Made by a program: the position numbers and the translations under genes
From: Microcoleaceae cyanobacterium
GTDB lineage: Bacteria > Cyanobacteriota > Cyanobacteriia > Cyanobacteriales > Microcoleaceae
Reading direction: 5' to 3'
DNA: 11,170 nucleotides
Assembly (NCBI GenBank): GCA_051652765.1
Contig: JBOFUV010000104.1
Coordinates: 1-11,170 of the forward strand
The notes under the pieces: generated by a model
What the model was told of the DNA's origin: nothing
Databases searched by the model: none
The model's input: only the letters and a program-made list of their open reading frames with translations
Shown: piece by piece, positions 1 to 6,897 of the stretch
Layout of the letters: each line of letters begins with the position of its first letter
Numbering within the stretch: position 1 is the first letter of the stretch

Positions 1-630
1 GTTCTGATTGGGGACTCAACCGTTCGAACTTTGATCGAAGGTATGTCCTGGGCCATTGAACAGGGAGCGAATATTATCAATATGTCCCTCGGGCTGAGCT
101 ACTACGAACCCCTATTTGCCCAGGTGTTTGATCTGCTGATCGGCCAATACAATATTCTTCCGGTCGTCGCCATTGGGAATGAGAACCACGGCAATACCAG
201 TTCTCCAGGCAATGCCTACAATGCCTTCTCCATCGGTGCCTTGGAACAGCAGCCCAACTCCAAGCTGGATATTGCTTTCTTTAGTAGTGGAGCAAGTCTG
301 GTATTTCCAGGGGATGCCCCTAATCGCTTGGTGACGAAGCCAGATGTGGTTGCCCCTGGGGCTCAGGTGTATTCTGCAATTCCTCCCACCCAACAGCCCG
401 ATGGCCCCCATCAATACACTTACATGGATGGCACCTCAATGGCGACTCCCCATGTGGCTGGAGTTGCCGCTCTGTTAATGTCGGCCAAACCCGATGCCCC
501 AGTCAGCAAAATTATTGAAGCGTTGAAAGAGACTGCGTTTCATCCCGGAGGAGAAGAACTCCGTCCTGACAACCGTTGGGGTTGGGGCTTGATTCAGCCT
601 GTGAAAGCCCTGGAAGCCCTGATGAAATAA
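1..630 (+). CDS. S8 family (subtilisin-like) serine peptidase, C-terminal part; 5' end lies outside the window
   Basis: The frame is open from base 1 ([18 protein letters not shown]...). It has IINMSLG, oxyanion-hole [15 protein letters not shown] and catalytic-Ser [11 protein letters not shown] motifs. Stop TAA at 628-630. Confidence 0.93.
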   Translation, partial: VLIGDSTVRTLIEGMSWAIEQGANIINMSLGLSYYEPLFAQVFDLLIGQYNILPVVAIGNENHGNTSSPGNAYNAFSIGALEQQPNSKLDIAFFSSGASLVFPGDAPNRLVTKPDVVAPGAQVYSAIPPTQQPDGPHQYTYMDGTSMATPHVAGVAALLMSAKPDAPVSKIIEALKETAFHPGGEELRPDNRWGWGLIQPVKALEALMK

Positions 631-643
631 TGATGAACAAATT

Positions 644-1120
644 ATGAACATTCGGATTGGCAATGGCTATGATATTCATCGCTTGGTAGAGGGACGACCA
701 TTAATTTTAGGCGGTGTAACCCTTGAACATCCCCTTGGACTGTTAGGACACAGCGATGCCGATGCGCTGACCCATGCGATTATGGATGCCATGCTCGGTG
801 CTTTAAGCCTGGGAGATATTGGCCTGTATTTTCCTCCGTCTGATCAAATGTGGGCTGGGGCGGATAGTTTAGTTCTCTTAGACCAGGTGCATCGAATGGT
901 GCGAGAACGGGGATGGCGCATCGGCAATATCGACTCCGTTGTTGTTGCCGAACGCCCGAAGTTAAAGCCTCACATTTCAGCGATGCGCGATCGCCTTGCT
1001 CAAGTTCTCCAGGTTGAGCCCAGTCAAATTGGCATCAAGGCAACAACCAATGAAAAATTGGGGCCAGTGGGCCGAGAGGAAGGCATTGCAGTTTATGCAG
1101 TTGTGTTACTCGAGAGTTGA
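644..1120 (+). CDS. ispF: 2-C-methyl-D-erythritol 2,4-cyclodiphosphate synthase (MEP pathway)
   Basis: 158 aa with [34 protein letters not shown] and [19 protein letters not shown], all IspF signatures. Confidence 0.98.
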   Translation: MNIRIGNGYDIHRLVEGRPLILGGVTLEHPLGLLGHSDADALTHAIMDAMLGALSLGDIGLYFPPSDQMWAGADSLVLLDQVHRMVRERGWRIGNIDSVVVAERPKLKPHISAMRDRLAQVLQVEPSQIGIKATTNEKLGPVGREEGIAVYAVVLLES

Positions 1121-1176
1121 AGGTTCTGTAGCTGAATGTTCTACGACTGAATGTTCTACAACTGAATGTTCTACAG
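1117..1176. repeat. 15-bp tandem repeat CTGAATGTTCTACNN, three near-identical copies plus one degenerate copy
   Basis: ttgaaggttctgtag (1117-1131, degenerate), ctgaatgttctacga (1132-1146), ctgaatgttctacaa (1147-1161), ctgaatgttctacag (1162-1176). Confidence 0.95.
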
Positions 1177-1377
1177 CAATGCCGAGACACCTTGGTTTTG
1201 GAGGGAATTGGCGATGTCCAGGATTCGGGATATCAGAGCTGAGAGTCAGTTCCCCACGGCAACCTTAGAATCTGTTATCATCCTGTTGGCAATTTTTTTG
1301 CTCTCAGCTTCAACGCTGACCGATCAAGCGAACAGACCTCTCTGAGCACCTCTATCTAAACTTTAAGGACTAAACTT

Positions 1378-1842
1378 ATGGAATTCAACTTCACCCACTA
1401 CAGCAGACGGATTTTGACTCTAGTCTTTGCAGCAGTATTGTTTCTCGCAACTGCCTGTGCCCAACCCACTGCCCAGACCACAACTCCGACCAGTATGACT
1501 CCTGCTGCTGTAGAGAAGGTACAAGCTCAAGTTGAACGTTCCCTGGAGACGGTTGAAGATCAAGTGAATGCAACTGGAGAGGCCACAGGAGAAGCGCTCA
1601 ACTCCCTCAAAAAGACTTTGAAGCAATCTGTTGACAAGGTTTCTGACGCAGTCACAGAGGCGGTTCAAGAGAGTGGAAAAGCGATTCAGAAAGCAACTGC
1701 AACTGCTGAAGAAACCGAAATGAAACTAGATCTAGACTCGGTTAATACCGCTATTGAATCCATGGGTAACAAAGTAGAACAAGCCTTGGATCAAGCCCTT
1801 AATGAAACCACTCAGGCCGTTAAGCAAGCAATTGGTAACTAA
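1378..1842 (+). CDS. Hypothetical lipoprotein with 11-residue amphipathic helical repeats (LEA/apolipoprotein-like)
   Basis: AAGGA upstream of ATG. The N-terminus has RR, a hydrophobic h-region and lipobox-like LATA-C27. A Thr/Pro linker is followed by an A/E/K/Q/T/V-rich helical region with no aromatic residues. Confidence 0.8.
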   Translation: MEFNFTHYSRRILTLVFAAVLFLATACAQPTAQTTTPTSMTPAAVEKVQAQVERSLETVEDQVNATGEATGEALNSLKKTLKQSVDKVSDAVTEAVQESGKAIQKATATAEETEMKLDLDSVNTAIESMGNKVEQALDQALNETTQAVKQAIGN

Positions 1843-1874
1843 GTCTTGCCCAGTCTCGTAGGGTTAATTTTTTT

Positions 1875-1899
1875 CTGGTGGGCACTGCCCACCAGTTTT
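1875..1899. terminator. Perfect GC-rich hairpin between convergent genes; terminator and/or REP-like cyanobacterial palindrome
   Basis: CTGGTGGGCA-C-TGCCCACCAG (1875-1895) followed by TTTT on the + strand; the T-run before it gives an A-run, not a U-run, on the - strand. Confidence 0.7.
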
Positions 1900-1932
1900 A
1901 TTATTCTACTGATGCAAGCAATTATTTCCCTG

Positions 1933-1964
1933 GGGTGGGGAGCAAGCAATTGCGCCCCAAACCC
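1933..1964. terminator. Second, imperfect hairpin downstream of typA
   Basis: GGGT-GGGG-A-GCAA-[GCAA]-TTGC-G-CCCC-AA-ACCC, lying about 36 nt past the typA stop codon. Confidence 0.45.
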
Positions 1965-2000
1965 TTAACGGATGAGTAATTGCCCCGGTGATAGATTCCC

Positions 2001-3794
2001 CTAACGCTTGACCAACTTCTTGCTGAGTTTCCGCAATCGGATGGATTCTGGCGTGATCTCGACCAATTCATCGGAGCCAATATATTCCAAAGCTCGCTCC
2101 AAACTCATGTCAATCGGAGTTTGTAACTGCACCAGTTCATCTCCAGTAGCTGAACGGTGGTTTGTGAGCTGCTTGGTTTTGCAGATATTCAGGTCTAAAT
2201 CTTGGGAACGATTGTGTTCGCCAACGATCATGCCTTTGTAGACTTTTGTTCCGGGGGTAATAAAAAACACACCCCGATCCTCTGCATTCTTCATGGCGTA
2301 GAAGGTGCTGACTCCTTCTTCAAAGGCAATCAATACTCCATTGCGACGGGCCTCAATATCGCCACCCATGCGGCGATATTCTAGGAAGCTATGGTTCATA
2401 ATGCCTTCCCCTCGGGTGATCCGCATAAACTCACCCCGGAAGCCAATTAAGCCCCGCGCTGGAACTACAAATTCGAGCTGACCTCGACCGTTATTGCTGA
2501 TTCGCATATCTTGCATCTCTGCCCGCCGCTGGCCCAAACGCTCAATACAACTGCCTACAGCCTCTTCAGGAACATCCAACACCAGATATTCAAAGGGTTC
2601 ACAGGGATGACCACTGACTTCACGGTAGATCACTTGAGGCTGGGAGACTTGGAACTCATAGCCTTCCCGTCGCATGTTTTCAATCAGAATCCCCAGGTGT
2701 AGCTCTCCCCGCCCGGAAACCAGGAACTTATCAGGAGAATCGGTTTCCTCAATCCGCAGGGCAACGTTGGTTTCTAGTTCGCGGTAAAGGCGATCGCGCA
2801 GTTGCCGAGAGGTGACAAAAGTCCCCTCCTGACCTGCAAAGGGAGAATCGTTAACTGAGAATCCCATTTGTAGGGTCGGTTCATCGACCTTAATCAGGGG
2901 TAGAGCTTGGGGTTCGTTCGGGCAGGTAATAGTTTCACCGATGTTGGCATCACTAAAGCCTGAAACAGCAACGATATTTCCAGCCGTCGCTTCCTGTAGC
3001 TCAATCCGCGCCAACCCTTCAAAGCCCATCAGCTTGCTGATTTTGCTCTTGACGATGGAGCCATCTTCTTTCACCAGAGCGGCCTGTTGCCCTGTTCTCA
3101 CGGTGCCATTATGAATCTTGCCAATTACAATCCGACCCAAATATTCGGAGTAGTCTAGGGTCGTGACCTGCATTTGCAACGGTTTCTCTGGATCGCCGAC
3201 TGGTGGGGGAACGTGTTCTAGAACATCCTCAAACAAAGGCTGCACATCAATGCCTTCATCCTCTAGGGTTCGCTTGGCGTAGCCCTGTAACCCAGAGGCA
3301 AATAAATAAGGAAACTCGCACTGGTCATCATCCGCCCCAAGTTCCAAAAATAAATCCAGCACCTTGTCAACGGCCTGATGAGGATCAGTCACGTTAGGAC
3401 GGTCAATTTTGTTGATCACAACAATCGGGCGCAGACCCTTCTCTAGGGCCTTTTTGAGCACAAAGCGAGTCTGGGGCATCGGCCCTTCATTGGCATCAAC
3501 AATCAGTAAACAACCATCAACCATCCCCAACACCCGTTCGACTTCGCCGCCGAAGTCAGCGTGGCCGGGGGTATCGATAATATTAATTAAGGTTTCTTTG
3601 TAACGGACTGCTGTGTTTTTCGACAGAATGGTGATTCCTCGCTCCCGTTCGATATCGTTGGAGTCCATGACGCAGTCCGGAACCTCTTCCCCCTCGCGGA
3701 AAATGCCGGATTGCTTCAATAGAGCGTCTACAAGGGTGGTTTTGCCGTGATCAACGTGAGCGATAATGGCAACGTTGCGAATGGGGAGAGACAT
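2001..3794 (-). CDS. typA: Translational GTPase TypA/BipA
   Basis: [64 protein letters not shown] and C-terminal [13 protein letters not shown]. The start is moved to ATG 3794 (MSLPIRN..., 597 aa) because the 49 extra N-terminal codons in the ORF track are non-homologous and overlap the upstream gene. Confidence 0.98.
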   Translation of the reverse strand: MSLPIRNVAIIAHVDHGKTTLVDALLKQSGIFREGEEVPDCVMDSNDIERERGITILSKNTAVRYKETLINIIDTPGHADFGGEVERVLGMVDGCLLIVDANEGPMPQTRFVLKKALEKGLRPIVVINKIDRPNVTDPHQAVDKVLDLFLELGADDDQCEFPYLFASGLQGYAKRTLEDEGIDVQPLFEDVLEHVPPPVGDPEKPLQMQVTTLDYSEYLGRIVIGKIHNGTVRTGQQAALVKEDGSIVKSKISKLMGFEGLARIELQEATAGNIVAVSGFSDANIGETITCPNEPQALPLIKVDEPTLQMGFSVNDSPFAGQEGTFVTSRQLRDRLYRELETNVALRIEETDSPDKFLVSGRGELHLGILIENMRREGYEFQVSQPQVIYREVSGHPCEPFEYLVLDVPEEAVGSCIERLGQRRAEMQDMRISNNGRGQLEFVVPARGLIGFRGEFMRITRGEGIMNHSFLEYRRMGGDIEARRNGVLIAFEEGVSTFYAMKNAEDRGVFFITPGTKVYKGMIVGEHNRSQDLDLNICKTKQLTNHRSATGDELVQLQTPIDMSLERALEYIGSDELVEITPESIRLRKLSKKLVKR

Positions 3795-3853
3795 AGGAAG
3801 AGTCCAGGTACGAATTTTCTCTAGAAATTGAAAATTGTCTAAATTTCTTAATA

Positions 3854-3859
3854 ATTGTA
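3854..3859 (-). promoter_or_regulatory. Possible -10 element (TACAAT) for typA
   Basis: TACAAT on the - strand 60 nt upstream of ATG 3794, followed by an AT-rich leader. No recognisable -35. Confidence 0.35.
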
Positions 3860-3904
3860 TCGCGTTCAGGCAGAACTTTGTGGCGGGAGCGTCTGTATTG
3901 GTTC

Positions 3905-4813
3905 CTAGGGGAGACCGGAAACTTGCTTGACCCTTGACCAATCTGATTCAGTAACCTGGTTTACAGAACCGTCCAGGAACACAACCGTTCGGCTGCCGTC
4001 TTCCCTGGGTTGAGTTTCGTAGAAGGCAACGACCTGTTCAGGGTTGGGAATCTCAGCCAGTTTTTTGCCAGACAAGCTGGTGTTAGGTTGATAGGGCTGG
4101 GACGTTTGGGAATAGGTGAATACCTCACGATCTCCGATCCAGTTAAACAAAGCATCCTGGGCTGCTGTCGGGGTTTCCATCGGCGGCAAGGTTCCTTCAT
4201 TTTCGTCGGAGTACAGCAGCAAAGCATAACCCAAGAGCCACAGGTCATCATTGGCTTCTGTGGCAATCTGTTCGGCTTGAGCTTGTTCGCAGGCAACTTT
4301 TGCCGCTTCATAGGTTTTTTGGGATTCGGCTAGGGCTTGATCTAGGTTAAATGGGTAAACCTGATTAATACTACCAATGGTTCGGAGGTTCAGCAGGGCT
4401 AACGCTAGAGAAGTTTCCGCTTTTAGCACCGATGTCTCTAAGGCTGAACAATCGGTTCCCCCACCAAAGACTCCCTCCAGTAACGTGGTAAAGTTAAGGG
4501 CTTTGTCAGAGGCGGGTAAGCGATAGGCAATCACATAGGTCTCTCCTCCAACTACAACGGTGCGACCCTGAGTGTAATACAACCCTTGCTGAGTGTTGCC
4601 TAGGAGTTGACCATAGGATTGGAGCAGATCTCCCAGTTCAAACTGACCCCCAATGGCAATTCGTCGCCAGGAATTATCCATGGCCTGGAGTTGAATGGTG
4701 AGGGGAACTTGACGACCTGATAATAAATCCTCTAGTTCAACACCTGCAGCCGGTTGAATAGAAAAGTGAGACAGAAAAGCTGAAAGAGCTAGGACAATAG
4801 AGGTATGTCGCAT
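3905..4813 (-). CDS. Secreted hypothetical protein with a C-terminal DUF1559 / H-X9-DG-CTERM-like region
   Basis: AGGAG RBS upstream. Sec-like signal peptide MRHTSIVLALSAFLSHFSIQPAAG. The C-terminal part reads NDDLWLLGYALLLYSDENEGTLPP ... PREDGSRTVVFLDGSV. Confidence 0.8.
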   Translation of the reverse strand: MRHTSIVLALSAFLSHFSIQPAAGVELEDLLSGRQVPLTIQLQAMDNSWRRIAIGGQFELGDLLQSYGQLLGNTQQGLYYTQGRTVVVGGETYVIAYRLPASDKALNFTTLLEGVFGGGTDCSALETSVLKAETSLALALLNLRTIGSINQVYPFNLDQALAESQKTYEAAKVACEQAQAEQIATEANDDLWLLGYALLLYSDENEGTLPPMETPTAAQDALFNWIGDREVFTYSQTSQPYQPNTSLSGKKLAEIPNPEQVVAFYETQPREDGSRTVVFLDGSVNQVTESDWSRVKQVSGLP

Positions 4814-4829
4814 CGGAACGTCTCCTGTA

Positions 4830-4974
4830 GTTAAGATTATCTGCTTAAGATTACAGTGGTTTTTAGATCGGCACGGGACATCTTAACGAATCAATTTTCC
4901 CTTTTTTAAGAGAGAGGCAGGGCGATCGCTCTGTATTGCAACCAAAGGAAGCCTCCTGTATCTAGTTAAGATTA
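4830..4974. promoter_or_regulatory. Repeated (G/C)TTAAGATTA motif in the divergent intergenic region
   Basis: gttaagatta 4830-4839, cttaagatta 4844-4853, gttaagatta 4965-4974; inverted partial copy atcttaac 4880-4887. Confidence 0.5.
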
Positions 4975-4980
4975 AGGGGG

Positions 4981-5085
4981 TACAGCAATCCCAAAGGATT
5001 GGGTTAATGGGATGACATTACCCCTGCCTGGAGGCTTTGCTCCCAGGCCCCTGTTTAATTTTTTGTATATTCTAGGATTGCTATA
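4981..5085. mobile_element. Putative ~105 bp MITE with imperfect terminal inverted repeats and TA ends
   Basis: Left end TACAGCAATCCCAAA (4981-4995). Right end reverse-complemented TATAGCAATCCTAGA (5071-5085). They match 12/15 and both begin with TA. Internal hairpin GCCTGG...CCAGGC. No ORF. Confidence 0.55.
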
Positions 5086-5190
5086 TTGCTATTAGTAAAT
5101 TGATCAGAGTTTGTAGATAAGAGTTCCTGAATTCAAGCTTAATCTAAACACTGCCGTAAGACACCCATCAAACAGTAGGAGAATAGGGGA

Positions 5191-6399
5191 ATGGCGCAAG
5201 TTGTAATTGTGGGCGCAGGCCCAACGGGTTCGGCCCTTGCCCTAGTGTTGGTCAGATGCGGGATTGCTGTAACGTTAGTTGAGGCGGCAAAAGATTCCTA
5301 CCGCGTCTTTCGAGGTGAAGGGTTAATGCCAAGTGGATTAGATGCCCTAGAACAGATGGGACTCTCCACCCTGCTTGAACGGATTCCCCACCGACCCCTG
5401 GATGCTTGGGAGTTTATCCTCGGTGACCAACCCTTGTTTCGAGTCGATGAACCGATGGGCGCAACTCGACCCTGTACCCTGGTCTCGCAACCGCCCCTGC
5501 TGGAAGCCTTGGTCGCAGAAGCTCAATTGCATGAAGCATTTACCCTGATTCAAGGAGTTCCAGTCAAGGATTTACGCTGGCAAAATGATCGGGTTGCAGG
5601 GGTAAAGTTAGCCGATGGACGAGAGATTAGCGCTGAATTGGTGATTGGAACAGACGGTAGAGCCTCAACGATCCGAGAGCGGGCGGGGTTACAGTTGGTC
5701 ACACAGCCGAAGAGTATTGATGTGCTTTGGTTCAAGCTGGCAGCTCATCCTCGGTTTGTAAAAGAGAATGTATTTTATTCCATTCTGAATGCTGGCAGTG
5801 GATTCAGCGTCTTTCACGGGGCAGAGGTCGGAAAGCTTCATCTCGCCTGGGTACTCTCTGCCGAGGACAAAACTAACTGGAAACATCGAAACTGGCCAGA
5901 AACCTTGGCCTCTCTCTCTCCTGATTGGATGGCCGAGCATTTCCGCAATACTGCCGAAACGCTTGAATCTCCGATTCGACTGTCTGTTGTTGTGGGTCGT
6001 TGTCCTTGTTGGCACCAACCCGGAGTTATGCTGTTGGGCGATGCTGCCCACCCCCTGTCTCCGGTTCGAGCCCAAGGAATTAATTTGGCGCTGCGGGATG
6101 TGATTGTGGCGGCGAATCATCTGGTTCCCGAATTGACAACCGGAAGCAACCTCACCGCCCTTGACCTAGCTCTCCCTCGAATTCAGGCCGAACGTGAACC
6201 GGAAATTATTCAAGCCCAACGTTTGCAAGCTCAAGAAGCTCGTCAAGGGGAACTCCTCCGAACCCATGGGATTGTTCGTTCACTCCTCATGCAACTCGTA
6301 CAACAGTCCCCTCTGCTTCGCCAAAAGCTGCAAGAATCTTGGATCAAACGGCAAAAGGAACTCCGCCAAGGGGTAACCCAGGTCAGCTTAAGGGTTTGA
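5191..6399 (+). CDS. FAD-dependent oxidoreductase/monooxygenase (FAD_binding_3, UbiH/PHBH-like class A flavoprotein)
   Basis: Rossmann motif VVIVGAGPTG, DG motif LVIGTDGRAS and GD motif LLGDAAHPLSPVRAQGINLALRD. AGGAG upstream. Substrate unknown. Confidence 0.93.
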   Translation: MAQVVIVGAGPTGSALALVLVRCGIAVTLVEAAKDSYRVFRGEGLMPSGLDALEQMGLSTLLERIPHRPLDAWEFILGDQPLFRVDEPMGATRPCTLVSQPPLLEALVAEAQLHEAFTLIQGVPVKDLRWQNDRVAGVKLADGREISAELVIGTDGRASTIRERAGLQLVTQPKSIDVLWFKLAAHPRFVKENVFYSILNAGSGFSVFHGAEVGKLHLAWVLSAEDKTNWKHRNWPETLASLSPDWMAEHFRNTAETLESPIRLSVVVGRCPCWHQPGVMLLGDAAHPLSPVRAQGINLALRDVIVAANHLVPELTTGSNLTALDLALPRIQAEREPEIIQAQRLQAQEARQGELLRTHGIVRSLLMQLVQQSPLLRQKLQESWIKRQKELRQGVTQVSLRV

Positions 6400-6403
6400 G
6401 TAT

Positions 6404-6592
6404 CTACTCTTTAGTTTCATCAATTCGGTGGCGGTCAATCAGATCTTGATTATCTGGTTTGGCAAAGTGTTCCTCTAGAGCAACTTGCACTGTTTCGCTG
6501 ATGCTCTGGTTTTTGAACGCACTCAAAACTCTGAGGATTCTTTCAATATCAGCGGTTAGATAGACTCTGAGGCTTTTCTTCTCGGGGGACAT
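6404..6592 (-). CDS. Small ribbon-helix-helix (CopG/Arc/MetJ-like) DNA-binding protein, 62 aa
   Basis: From ATG 6592: KKSLRVYL (alternating beta strand), TADIERILRVLSAFK (helix A), NQSISETVQVALEEHF (turn and helix B). The upstream non-ATG start at 6640 lies in the promoter region. Confidence 0.78.
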   Translation of the reverse strand: MSPEKKSLRVYLTADIERILRVLSAFKNQSISETVQVALEEHFAKPDNQDLIDRHRIDETKE

Positions 6593-6616
6593 GAGGGAGA
6601 AAAAATACAACTCCTT

Positions 6617-6669
6617 ATAGTCCCACACCAACTTAAGCACTTGTGACTATGTAACTATAAGTGTATGAT
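6617..6669. promoter_or_regulatory. Sigma70-like promoter (+) overlapped by operator-like repeats; possible divergent -10 (-)
   Basis: TTGTGA (6641-6646), N17, TATGAT (6664-6669) on +. TATAGT on - (6654-6659). Repeats GTGACTAT 6643-6650, GTAACTAT 6651-6658 and inverted GGGACTAT 6617-6624. The tandem pair is flanked by the inverted repeat CACTT/AAGTG (6638-6642/6659-6663). Confidence 0.55.
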
Positions 6670-6696
6670 AACAAAAGATTGATTGAGGCTAAACTG

Positions 6697-6897
6697 ATGG
6701 TGACATTTTCTGATGATGAGGTGGGGCTGATTCGCTCATTGCTGATTGCTTTGAGAACAATCAAAGTTCGGGATATTGACAAAGCGTTAGTCATCCTGTC
6801 TAAGGGCGATCGCCGATTAGAGGTCAAACCTGATCCCATGCGGTCGAGCCAATCTCCACAGGAATCAAGTTCAAGGATAATTACGGGGAATTCTTAA
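6697..6897 (+). CDS. Hypothetical small protein (66 aa) divergent from the RHH gene
   Basis: ATG 6697 preceded by GAGG (6685-6688) and a plausible promoter. The N-terminus looks helical (MVTFSDDEVGLIRSLLIALRTIKVRDIDKALVILSKG) and the tail is Ser-rich. It fills an otherwise empty gap and overlaps the mrdA 3' end by 17 nt. No family recognised. Confidence 0.5.
   Translation: MVTFSDDEVGLIRSLLIALRTIKVRDIDKALVILSKGDRRLEVKPDPMRSSQSPQESSSRIITGNS

Noticed and set aside
1117..1176. Tandem repeat as a CRISPR array
   Set aside because: The units are 15 bp and contiguous, with no unique spacers, and there are no cas genes in the window.
996..1268. 90-aa ORF with ECSTT repeats
   Set aside because: It overlaps ispF out of frame by 125 nt and has a non-ATG start. 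The peptide repeat simply reflects the DNA repeat.
1237..1309. 9-bp inverted repeat AGCTGAGAG/CTCTCAGCT as an ncRNA or small element
   Set aside because: It is short, the arms are 55 nt apart, and I saw no supporting internal structure or target duplication.
3795..3941. 49-aa N-terminal extension of TypA in the ORF track
   Set aside because: It is non-homologous, overlaps the upstream gene and spans the AT-rich promoter region. The family start MSLPIRN is at 3794.
6633..6839. 68-aa minus-strand ORF upstream of the RHH, which would give a classic co-oriented TA operon
   Set aside because: It is antisense to the better-supported + ORF, is Ser/Ile/Thr-rich like a shadow frame, has no evident RBS and runs through the operator-like repeats. 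Ribo-seq would settle it.
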